NCBI GenBank assembly: GCA_052426225.1
Contig: JBNJNM010000015.1
Coordinates: forward strand, 1,116,001 to 1,180,000
DNA length: 64,000 nt
Direction: 5' to 3'
From: Zancudomyces culisetae HAW-14-8
Taxonomy: Eukaryota > Fungi > Kickxellomycota
In this document: positions 10,661 to 21,836 of the stretch, piece by piece
Layout: every line of letters starts with the position of its first letter
How positions within the stretch are numbered: position 1 is the first letter of the stretch
Notes under the pieces: generated by a model
What the model was told of the DNA's origin: nothing
The model's input: only the letters and a program-made list of their open reading frames with translations
The model's database searches: none
Made by a program: the position numbers and the translations under genes

Positions 10661-13600
10661 ATGAGTCTTGAGACAAAAGCCAAAAACGATGGCACATTGC
10701 AAAGTACTGAAAGTGAACCAACGAGTATAAGTAGAAAAGTGTCTGACGAAAAAAACACAAACAACAATAACAAGAATGGAAAAGAAAAAGAAAAGTCAAC
10801 ATACTCGCTATTTTCGCGAGGAAAAAAACAAAATATAGCAAGCATACCCTTTGGAATTGGAAAGCAGCTGTACATTATTAGTTCAGGTGTTCAAAGCAAT
10901 AAAGAAAGCAAGCCAAAGACCGTGTATGCAAAAATAGGAAATGTAGACTCTATAAGAAGAATATGGAAGGCTACTTTGGAAGAAGGTGAGTTAGAAAAAC
11001 TAAACTTGACCAAAAAAGAGATTGAAAGACAGGAGATTATGTATGAAACCATTTTGACTGAAGCCGATTATTTGCGCGATTTAAAAATTATCCAGGATGT
11101 AAGCCTTTATTCAACCCATTACTATTATCATTATCATAGTAATTACTGTAACAATGCACATAGTCACCACCACTACCACCACTATCCCTTGATTATTCTA
11201 AGAATATTTGTGTTGATATCCAGCTGTATAACTATAATATCTCTTGCTTATAACTTTTTATAATTTTATAATAGGTTTTTGAAACCCCTCTAAGGGAGGA
11301 ACGTATCGTTTTACCAGAGCAAGCAAACATAATATTTATGAATTTGGAAAGTCTGGTAAAATTGCATGAAGATATAAACAAGGTAATTCAAACATTCGAT
11401 ACTTTCAAAATTGTTTTTTATAACAGGTGTTTGTATATGTAGCTTAAAAACCAAGACAAACAAAATAATATATAAGAAAAAAAAGTAAAAGTAAAAGTAA
11501 AAGGATTATGAAAGAATTTTGATACTATTTGTTACCATTGAATATAGGAACTGTCAGAAAGACAAGAGGCAGAACACCCATTAGTAAGCGGAATTGGGGA
11601 TATTCTATCCAGATACGTAAGTATTTAGCGTTTAAGGAACTTCATGATTCTTTGTTTACCCATCCTACCAATATACCCTGTTAGATTATATACTTTTTAT
11701 TAAAACCCAACCAACTCAGAGCACAGAATACAAATAACGCCTTCACTTCAATATTTACTGCATAAATATAATAGGTGAGGTCATTTGTCGTATACAACAG
11801 GTTTATTAGTGGGCAAAGCAAATCGATGAACATGATCGAGGAGTTAACGACCTCAAACCCAAGGTTTCGCGAGTTTATAAAGGTAGAGGTTTCAAGCGCT
11901 ATAAGTGTTTGATTTTTTTTTTTAAATCCAATTTTTAAACACTTTTTCATTCATCATTATTATTCTGAGGAATATTAACAGTATTTCAAAATCCATCTTC
12001 CACAAACTTACATAAACATTCACATAGCTATTATTATGTCGTAACCCACCCATCCACTCTCCATCATCCTAACAACTAACCATTTTAATATATTTCAATT
12101 AGGAATGCCAATCTCAACCCGAATCTCGAGGAATGCCCGTAAATTCGTTTATGCTACTTCCATTTCAACGCCTGCTAAAGTATCCACTGTTGCTATCTAA
12201 CCTGTTGAAAGCAACTGACCCAGAAAGTGAATCCTATAAAGATGTGAAGAAGGCGTTATCCAGGTTCCAGGAAAGGATTGGTAAAATCCAGTCTTCAAAG
12301 GCAACTGCGGATAACTTGACAAAATTGGAAGTACTCCAAAGCCACTTTAAGGGTCTTGATGTAAGAATGAATGTCTATATTACATGTCCGAATGTGTATA
12401 TATCAAATGTATATTGCTGCCAAAAAAATGATGAAAAAATTAGCAAATGCAAATTAACCATGTCTATCTATTAATACCTATTTTTTCTTCCACGTCATCA
12501 TAGAACTTTAACCTTCCAAAAGAGACCCGTAAACTTTTAGCGGTTGGAAACAAGATAATAAGAACAACAGTAAAGAGTGCGTTTCAAACGACTAATCAAA
12601 GAAGCGGAAAGAGCGAACAGGTGAAACTGTCTTCACCAGTCAATGTGTGCTTTTGGCTATTTACAGACGTTCTCTTAATTACCAAACCAGTCGAAGGTAG
12701 CAGCTTTTGGGATACTAACACAGCATTACTATCAAAGAATTCTCAGAAAAGCAAATACAAGGGAGTGAATACGTTGCTTGTCATGGATGAAAGATCAGAT
12801 TTGAAAATACCTGTGTTTGAAAAATTTAGGATCTTTGTGGGCCCGACAGTTGCTATAGATGCACAAAAACTTGAGGATGATGGTAATACATTTTAATACT
12901 TGTTAAAATTTTTTTTTGTGACCTTGAGTTTAATGAAACACTGGAAACAGTATAAGAATAAGCATTAAAGTTAACATCAAAGTTAACATTGATTTATTCA
13001 ATAATAACACAAACTAAAATGGTAATTGAAATTGTGTATTAAATTAGAATTATCATTTAAAATCGAGATAATGCCATACTATGCACCTCCAAACCATCAA
13101 CCAAGTATGGTATATTTGAAATATGGAACTAAAGAACAGTGTAACGAGTGGTTTGGCCTATTCGAAGCACACTTGAGCTCGAGTAATGATGATAGATTTG
13201 GTATGTATTCATTTGTGGGAGGTGCCAATGATTACAAAGATGAAGTAGGACCCGCCCCTAAATCCCAGCAAGCATCATTGATTCGTCAGATGGAGAGTGG
13301 TGGTAAGGATGATTGGCGGTTGCTCAAGGGAATCAAATATCTAAGTACAAGAATTGAAAGGGTCACTTCTCCCATCCAACCCCTATCCTCTATGGCTTCA
13401 GCATCACCACTATCAACAAGAATGTTATCGCTATCGCCTAGCAGCGAAACTCTAAACTCAAAGAGAAATAGTGGCGATATGGATGTAACCAAAAATATAC
13501 AAGAGCTTGACATAAAGTCACCTGAGCGTCCAGAAAAACATGTTACTCCTGGCCTGGGTGAAGATTCGCTTAGTTCACCAGAGAAAAGGCACACAAGACC

Positions 13601-13877
13601 CAAGATAGCAAGTATTGAGCGTGGCAAATCGGGAAGCAATTCGCATGTCGGCTCTCCAGATTCCGATACAAATGTATTTGCACTTAATCTTGGGTTGGAG
13701 CTTGATTCTATTTACGGCTCTGTAGCCCATCGGGGGGATACACCAGTCCAAGAGTTGAGAACTCCAGACACCCTGGTTGATACATCATGCGAATTGATTA
13801 GTCAGTCAAAACGCACAAGAGTTGAAGAAAACAAGCAAAATCACGTCGAAAATACCCGAAGAGATCAGGTATCATAA
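10661..13877 (+). CDS. Rho guanine nucleotide exchange factor (DH + PH domains); ~7 exons (10661-11098, 11275-11382, 11548-11616, 11775-11882, 12103-12360, 12505-12882, 13048-13877)
   Basis: ERQEIMYETILTEADYLRDLKII, IFMNLE and SFMLLPFQRLLKYPLLL are DH-domain motifs; FWLFTDVLLITK is a PH-domain motif. Introns are GT-AG. An extra terminal intron at 13869 is possible. Confidence 0.88.
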
Positions 13878-14783
13878 AGTATTTTTAATATTGTGTTACC
13901 TTTGTCTGGCTAATTTCAACAATTACGTTTCTAAAATTGTTAAACTGTCTTGATACCAAATTGTAATGTATTTTTTTTTTTACTGATAATTCGGATTTGT
14001 TTCAATTGAAACTTTATACAGATTCCGAATTTTTTTTATTGTCCTATTTTATAATTTATCACTATGCCGCTCCCATCACCAGTTTATGGCTTATGCGTTA
14101 AATATTATTGTTATTATTATTATTTACAAATGGTTTACTCTAGCTTTTCATGAACCAAAGTAAATAAAGAATCACTTAGAAAAAAAAATTCTATCAATTA
14201 TACTGTGATAAGGCAGTTTGGTGGGTAATCACCTGTGTTTTGTTTATTGCTCTTGCCAAATCTGTACCGTTTAATATTGTATTGTACACTATCAACTTTT
14301 TGGCTTTTTTTCAACAACAAAAAAAAGAAAAGAGGGGTATTGAAAAATCAGATTATTGACTACTATCGATTCGGCTGAAAAAATTATACTTTTCCATAAA
14401 GATCGAGGGTTATGAGAATAAAACCTTAGCAGTAGACTACTTTATGTAAATACATTTGTAAATACACCTTTTATTGCTTCAACGACTTTATTGAGTAAAT
14501 ATCACATAAAATTCCAACCGAATTCCTCAACATTTCCCTCTCACTACTCTCCTCACTTCCAGAGTTTGATACTTTGAAATTAGTTACAGATACGAAAACC
14601 GCAGTAGAACCCACTTTGTGCAGCCCAGAGGAATGTTTTCAATCGTTTCTTGCATTTAAAACCCAGAAATTATTGATTAAAAAGGTATTGAGTGCCCTAT
14701 GCCACTTTACACTACTACTTTCACACCGCAAAGATATTTTCTCAAACAATTTGAATAGTCTAAATTTTCAAATTTTCAAATTC

Positions 14784-17700
14784 CTAATTTCCCGTGCCCA
14801 CATTTTGACAAATGCTTAACAACTCGTTGTCATTTAGACCACTCGCAACCTTCATAATCGACACAGTATGCCCACTCATATCGACACCATACTTTATTAA
14901 CAGCTTGATCATCTCCACATTTTCATTATCGATTGCCTCCTTCAATCCATATTCCTCGAATAGCACTAAATGTGGGTTTCTTTCTAACAAGAGTTTTAAC
15001 ATTTCCAGATTATTATTTTCGCAAGCCTGAATCACTCCGCTCTCGCTTCCTCTTTTTGTATTTTTCCCCTTCTCAAAAAGTAGCTTTAGAATCTCTATAT
15101 TATTGCTCCTACAAGCGTAATATACGAAATCATATACATAATTTCCCAGTGCAGCCGGATCCCTCAAAAGCAATTTAACTACCTCTAGATTGTTTTTCTC
15201 AATTGCGGACTGAAGTAAAGGTGAGGCACCAACAATATCAGGACAACAGTCCAGCATTAAATGCAAAGTTTCAATATCGTCTATATTGAAATACTTTAAT
15301 TGAAGTGAGTAACTAAGTACCTCTGCACCATACTGCAACAAAAGTCTGATCATATCAACATTATTTGTTTCGAGTGCTACATCTACAATACTCGAGTTGT
15401 TCTTAACGCTTAGACCATTCTTCAAAAGCAACTTCACCACCTCAATGTTTCCTACTTGTACGGCAAACATCAGTATTTTATAATCACTATTGAGATCGAT
15501 GTTGTAAGTTAGTAGTATTTTCAGTATTTCAATATTATCTGTTTTGATTGAGGTCTTTACTGCTTCCAAAAAATCAATATTTTGGATGGGTTCACCCCTT
15601 TCAAGTAAGGTTTTAGTAATCCAGTATTCTTCAAAACAATTGGAGCTTTCAATGTTCAAAAACGATTCAGTTAGTACTTTTCCTCTACCCTCCATATCTA
15701 TATTTTCTCTTTTTTTCAATACTCCTAAACTATCGTAATACTCAAGTATCATCTTTACCAATTCAATATCTTCAATCATACACGCATACTCTAGCTGATA
15801 ATGACAAGTACCATCTATAGCAGCGTTGTTATCTAAAAGATACTTTAATGTTCTTCTGATACCCAACCTACATGCAATTCTAACTCCATTTCGTTTTGGA
15901 TCACTTAAATCCATTCCATTATCTACCAATAATTTAACTATATCAAAGCTACCCAACAAACATGCCATGTTAATATACAAATATCTTGAGTTCTTTGGTA
16001 TTACACCTCCATTCTTGATCCAGTGTTCTAACACCTCAACTTTATCTGATTTACACGCTTCTTCAAACCCATCCGATTCTCCTTCCAATTTCATACCTTT
16101 ACTGATAAAATAACCTATCCAGCAAATATCGCCTGCTTTGTACGCTGTTCTCAAGATCAAACTACCATTAGCATTAGCATCCATTCCATACTCTATCAAT
16201 AGTTTTAACTCTCCAAAGTTTCGGTTCACCAATTCTGATTTTGCTAGCTCATAATGACCATTAATTGACATTTCTACGATGTTTTTATCTTTAACATCGT
16301 TTTTTTCATCATACTCAGTGTCGTTGAGTGTGTTCTGCAGATTATTTTCTACGATATAATCAATAATTTCAACTAATTTATGATAATATGTCGTTTCATA
16401 GCTGAGCATAAAATAATAACAAAAAAGATTCTTGCAATATGAATGAATATGGATTGTCATATTTTTCCTACTTGAATTGATAATTATCCTTAATTCTTCA
16501 AATCGATCCTCACTTTGAACTACATCCTCAGGTCCAGCACGCTCATTGATACAAGATAGCACATAATTTTGACAAGCTTCAATAAGACACAGCATTGCTT
16601 TACTGAAGTTCAGCCCTTTCCCCTTCTTGACTTGGCTTTCTGGAGTTTTGGATTTATCTCTATCTTCATTTGAAAACTCTAATAGTCGTTTTGCTATTTC
16701 ACTATTTTCAATACTACACAGTCTTATAATATCATGACGATCTAATATTTCAACGAAAGCATGATTTTCTGATAACAACTGTAGCATTCGTATATCCATA
16801 TTTTTACTTGCAATTCTTACTCCCTTAAACCCAGGTGATTTTACATCCACCCCGAATTCAATTAGTAATTTGGCAATTCTGATATCTCCGATCTCCACTG
16901 CTTTCTCTAAACAAAAAATATTCACCGTGTTTGGGTATTTACTGATAATCTCTTGTACTAGCTCGTATTCTTTTTTATTTATAACTGCTTTAAGAGCACT
17001 TTCGTTCAAATCCCCCTTCAGCTCATCACGTTGGCTTAAAATAAGCCTTATTAGATCGACATTACCCTTTTCGAACGCCAAGCCTGTTATTTTCCTGATA
17101 TTTTCAGAGTTTGATTCCACCTTGAAAATGCATTCTTTTACCAATCCATCCTTTCTATGGTTTATTGCTGCATCAAATAATATTTGTTGATAAATGTCAA
17201 CATGATAGTTATCCTCAAGGAATTTTATCAACTCCTTCCTATTCTGATCAATTGAGTGATATGAACATGTTATATAGACCAACAGTTCCATTTTAGTTTC
17301 ATATTCATACATCTTGATAAAATGAGTTGGTATCCTCGAATTAAACCCTTCACTATACTCCTCTAGTAATTCCAATTCCTGAAAAGTAAATTTTGTACTG
17401 ATTTTTAAATTTAAAACTTGTTTCAGCAATTCAAGGTTGTTCATTTGGCAAATTGCATGTGCACAACTCAGGATATAATATAAAATGACCTTGCTATCAA
17501 TAAATCTAACATCTATCCCAACTGGACCTGCTATCTCTTTAGGAATCCTAATTTTACTACTGCAGATATCCATAAACATCTCAGCCCCCTCTTTTTCAAG
17601 TTTTATATCCAAATTGATTGTTATACTGAACAGTCCCAAGGTTGAATATATCCAACTTGAAGCTATCAGTGGTCTGAAATATAGAGTTTCGGATATCTTG

Positions 17701-18131
17701 ATGTCTGCAAGTTCCTTCAGAAATTCGCTATCATCAAAGATTAAATCATCAATATCAATATCTAGGTATTCGTCCTCGTTCATAAACAAAGTACCTTTAT
17801 ATAAAATTGTAAAAGCGTTCCCATCAATCACTACGTACATCCTACGTAGTTTTCTCAGTACGTTTCTCCACTTGTAACGGAATGCCATATCTAGAAGTAT
17901 TCTGTAGTCTAAGTGTTTGATTTTCCTAAATATCAGTATTCCAACTGCCTCATTAGCTCTAATTCTGGTGTAGCTCTCGAATATGGTTCTAGATCTTCGT
18001 TGGGATCTAATTCCTGTTTCTGATAAGACATATTGAAGAATATACTTGCTAATAGTGTTTATCTGTTGCGAGGTATAGTGCATATTTTTGTTTAAAAGTG
18101 ATAGTTGAGGGTTCTGAGCAAATACAAACAT
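14784..18131 (-). CDS. Large intronless ankyrin-repeat protein (1115 aa from first ATG), with F-box-like motif extending upstream of the ATG
   Basis: Many ankyrin-like units (e.g. AVQVGNIEVVKLLLKNG, ACENNNLEMLKLLLE, AIDNENVEMIKLLIKYGVD). The upstream in-frame sequence reads LFNKLPTSILSTMFVFAQNPQL. Confidence 0.88.
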   Translation of the reverse strand: MFVFAQNPQLSLLNKNMHYTSQQINTISKYILQYVLSETGIRSQRRSRTIFESYTRIRANEAVGILIFRKIKHLDYRILLDMAFRYKWRNVLRKLRRMYVVIDGNAFTILYKGTLFMNEDEYLDIDIDDLIFDDSEFLKELADIKISETLYFRPLIASSWIYSTLGLFSITINLDIKLEKEGAEMFMDICSSKIRIPKEIAGPVGIDVRFIDSKVILYYILSCAHAICQMNNLELLKQVLNLKISTKFTFQELELLEEYSEGFNSRIPTHFIKMYEYETKMELLVYITCSYHSIDQNRKELIKFLEDNYHVDIYQQILFDAAINHRKDGLVKECIFKVESNSENIRKITGLAFEKGNVDLIRLILSQRDELKGDLNESALKAVINKKEYELVQEIISKYPNTVNIFCLEKAVEIGDIRIAKLLIEFGVDVKSPGFKGVRIASKNMDIRMLQLLSENHAFVEILDRHDIIRLCSIENSEIAKRLLEFSNEDRDKSKTPESQVKKGKGLNFSKAMLCLIEACQNYVLSCINERAGPEDVVQSEDRFEELRIIINSSRKNMTIHIHSYCKNLFCYYFMLSYETTYYHKLVEIIDYIVENNLQNTLNDTEYDEKNDVKDKNIVEMSINGHYELAKSELVNRNFGELKLLIEYGMDANANGSLILRTAYKAGDICWIGYFISKGMKLEGESDGFEEACKSDKVEVLEHWIKNGGVIPKNSRYLYINMACLLGSFDIVKLLVDNGMDLSDPKRNGVRIACRLGIRRTLKYLLDNNAAIDGTCHYQLEYACMIEDIELVKMILEYYDSLGVLKKRENIDMEGRGKVLTESFLNIESSNCFEEYWITKTLLERGEPIQNIDFLEAVKTSIKTDNIEILKILLTYNIDLNSDYKILMFAVQVGNIEVVKLLLKNGLSVKNNSSIVDVALETNNVDMIRLLLQYGAEVLSYSLQLKYFNIDDIETLHLMLDCCPDIVGASPLLQSAIEKNNLEVVKLLLRDPAALGNYVYDFVYYACRSNNIEILKLLFEKGKNTKRGSESGVIQACENNNLEMLKLLLERNPHLVLFEEYGLKEAIDNENVEMIKLLIKYGVDMSGHTVSIMKVASGLNDNELLSICQNVGTGN

Positions 18132-20013
18132 GGTTGACAGGATACTTGTTGGAAGTTTGTTGAAAAGGTAGATATAAAAATTTTAAATATTTACAATAAT
18201 GAAGTGTGTTGCCATTAGGTTATACAAGTTACAGATAGAGTTGATCAACCACTTGTATATTTTAGAAACTTCAAGAAATTAACTCAACTAATATGAACTT
18301 TACAACACATTTGTTTCTATGAGATATAATAATATGCAACATTACAATAAATTATTCAGTAATGTTTATTGGTGCTTCCAGTTCCGAAATAGATTATAAT
18401 CTAGTATAGCTTTGTTTGTATACTTGGAAATGGCTCCGAAAACTGATTTACAAAAATATACGCGAGTTGATTAACTCACAGTGGATTTAAAGCTGTATAA
18501 ATTGTTTTTTCTTTATCTAGTGGTTAATACTAAATATCGAGCAATGGGAAATAATATATAGTTCTTGTATTATTATGATATAACAGGACTATGATTTAAG
18601 GTTTGGTTAATGTTTGGGATGTAAACAGGTAGAATTAATTTGATACTGATTAATTAAGTTGGAATTTACCTGATATTATCATTTAGGCAGTAAATGTATT
18701 ATTAATACAAAATATCTTGTATAAACTCATAGGTTGTTGATTTTTATGAGTCTATGATGTAAAATACACTGGGATGCGATATTAGTAATAATTCTGAATT
18801 AAGTGACACTATCTATAGTAAATGGCAGAATATGGAAGAGTAAATTGATATTTTGTATTGAACACACCTTTTGATATCTAGGTAAAATAGTATAAAATGT
18901 ATAGAGTGAGGTTTACAATTTATTAGCTATTTAATATGAAACGATGTAAAAACACTGTATGCTAACGATTTATTGCTGGAAAATGCATGTAGCTCAAGAA
19001 ATATTGAAATTCTGAAACACATGTTTTGCTGAGGTTGAAAGGTACATGCGGATTCGATTAGTGAATGATTTTAGAATAGTCTGTGGACTCGAATATATTG
19101 AAGTAATTGAATTGTGGTATAGTATTTGTATAAAGAAGGCTATGAAATTAGCAATCTAGCGAAAATAAATATATATATTTAGTGTTTCGTTTAGCAGGAA
19201 ATATCATTAGTTAAATTGTTGGTTTAAAATGAAACCAATCTCTTCATGCAGTATAGTTTTAGGTATTATAATCGGAGTCTAAATAATTTTGGAGATTAAG
19301 AAATCGTCGATCCAATCTGGCTCAGATCTTGGAAACAACCTAGTAGAATCTATTAATATAGCATAATTCAGGCTGAGCATAGGCTTCTACAGCTATTGAT
19401 AAAATTCACAATGTTTTCGCTTCTATTCCCTAGCCTAGAGTGATCAAGACAGCCTATATCGTGCTCAAATATAAACACAACTGTTGTATATTTACTTTGA
19501 TAGTCCAAAATTATTATACTTTACTGAAAACACTTTTGATTGAGGTTTCTGGTATAGTCAAGTTGAGGTGATGGGTGTACACAACTAGGTATTGAATGAC
19601 AATATATTATCCAACGCGAGTTTATCGATTTTAGTATTTTTCGTTATTATCATTTGACAGACTATTGTTGAGATCTTTTATTCTTAATGAATCAAAATCG
19701 TCACAATTTAACACTACATATTTCAAAACATATTAGTTATAGTACTTATTTGTTTATTTCTGGAGAATAGAATAACCCTAAAACTACAATACTACACAGG
19801 TTAAGGTAAAATGCAAGAATATGCTAATAAATAATAATAAAAAAAACATCAAGATCTCAAAGTAAAATGGTCTTGGTTTTATTTCTAACTGTATGTTCTT
19901 CTCAATAGTTAGAAAAAATTATGAATCTGTCAATGATACCAAAGTAAAAGCAGTGAATACCCCAACTACAAATACGTATTGTGGGACATATAGTATGACT
20001 ACTCCACTAATTC

Positions 20014-20409
20014 TTAACATTTACATCCAGATTCACAGTGGCATTGTTCGCCTTTACCCTCCTTGCATTCACAGGTTGCTTGTTCACATTTACATGGTCC
20101 TCCACATGTACAACCTTTACCATCTCTGCACTGACATATACTTTTTCCTTCGCACTTGCACTCATCCTCCCTGCAGATACACTTATTACCTACTGAACAC
20201 CTACAACAGGTACTGGCTTTCTTATTTTCAGCACAGTTGCACTTTTCAGATTCACAACAACATTTTCCTTCAGAGGTGGCTGAACAACCTTGTCCCTTTT
20301 TGCAGCAGCATTCACAATTTCCAGCCTCACATGAACACCGACCTCCGGGCGTATCTCTGCACTTTCCAATATCTTTGTTGTAGCAGGCCTTTTTGTCGCA
20401 TGAACTCAT
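20014..20409 (-). CDS. Long metallothionein-like protein (131 aa, 34 Cys)
   Basis: First ATG at 20409. 26% Cys arranged as CxC, CC and CCC, with K/E/G/S spacers, no Phe/Trp/Leu, and a CKC ending. Confidence 0.85.
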   Translation of the reverse strand: MSSCDKKACYNKDIGKCRDTPGGRCSCEAGNCECCCKKGQGCSATSEGKCCCESEKCNCAENKKASTCCRCSVGNKCICREDECKCEGKSICQCRDGKGCTCGGPCKCEQATCECKEGKGEQCHCESGCKC

Positions 20410-21189
20410 CTTTGATTTATTTATTCTAGTTTGTATTGGTTTATTAGTCAACCTTATTGGTATTATTGCTTTCTTTTTGTATTTAGTATGGAATACTATG
20501 TGGTTTTATGATTGATATTTTCTTGTCTTTTTTGAGAAAAGTCGTGGACTATTTATACTTTTTTATAGGTGCCAGTTTTCTTTGTACATACTCAAACTTG
20601 GATTGTATTTTTATTAAAGCAAAAGTTACACACTTGAAAAATTGCATTACACATCCGAGTTATTTTTGCCTATACTCAAGAATATATGATTATAAATCAT
20701 TTAGATACACTTCTCTTTTTTCGTTATATTCGTTAAAATTGCATTTACAAAACCCATCCCGTTATCCAATAGCAAAAATGGATCCACTAACTTTTTAATT
20801 GATTTGTTTTTAGCTTCTTTATGATTCTGTCACGAGATTTCCCACTGCCATTTTTCCTCTCTCTATCTCTCATTTTCTGGTTGCGCTGATTCTGCTATTC
20901 GCTACTTTTTAGAAAACATCACCAGCTTTTTGACCAAAACACTTTTTTACCCATTAGAAGCTTTAAAGAATGTCTATGCTTTTTTACACTCGCATATTCC
21001 AAACTAAGCTCAGGCATTAATATCTCTCCTACTCACCTTATTTCTTTTGCCCAAGAGTTTTAATATAAGTACCCATACAACCACACAAAAATAATCATAC
21101 ACAATATCTATCTAGCCAACTTCTCAAAATTCCTTTCTGATTTGTCTTTCTGACCTCACTCTTGACTTTCTGTTGTTGTTACTTCAGGA

Positions 21190-21520
21190 ATAAGTTCCAA
21201 AAAGAATAATCGAAGTGCTGTCGACACCGTGCAGCCCAGTAGCATATGTTCAATGGTTTCTGCGTTGTTTTTTTTTACAAACTGGGCACCTACTCTTGAA
21301 CTTTTCATCTATTGTCCCCAACTTTACCAGCCTCTCTGCTGTCCAGAACCCACCTGTTCTTATTATCCCTATCGCCATAAGTCCCTGCTTGTGCTCAGGA
21401 TATATAAGTTGTAGGTAAATCCAATTACTCATTCCCTCGAGATTTTAGATTTGTCATTTCGAGAGCATCGTTCTAGTAATACGCTTCTCGCTGTTTTATC
21501 CTTCTCCGATCCTATATAAT
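21190..21520 (-). mobile_element. Degenerate non-LTR retrotransposon (LINE) 3' fragment with CCHC zinc knuckle
   Basis: Minus strand reads ...IGIIRTGGFW...KSRCPVCKK. After a 1-nt frameshift in an A9 run it continues NNAETIEHMLLGC, giving C-x2-C-x5-ETxxH-x4-C, typical of the LINE ORF2 C-terminus. Flanks contain stops. Confidence 0.7.
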
Positions 21521-21836
21521 TTTGCATCAATTTTTGTAAACGTATCTAGTTACTTGAAATAAAGGCGGCTCATGCTTGCTATAAACTTGGTGCTTTTAAT
21601 GCACAAATTTAACCAAAAATACCAACAGTGTACATGTACTTTTATACATTTATAATACGCCAGATTATTAGGAAATAGTGTATCAAATTAATTATATATG
21701 TTAAAAAAGATAAAATCTATTATTATTGGTATAATGACTATTGCTAAAAAAGATTAGGATCGGAAAATCTCAGAGGGCTCTAGTAACCTTATCCCTATAT
21801 TGACATCTCGTCTGTTTATCAATCTCGTCCTGTTTT

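Noticed and set aside
19893-20429. 178-aa plus-strand ORF
   Set aside because: Antisense shadow of the metallothionein gene.
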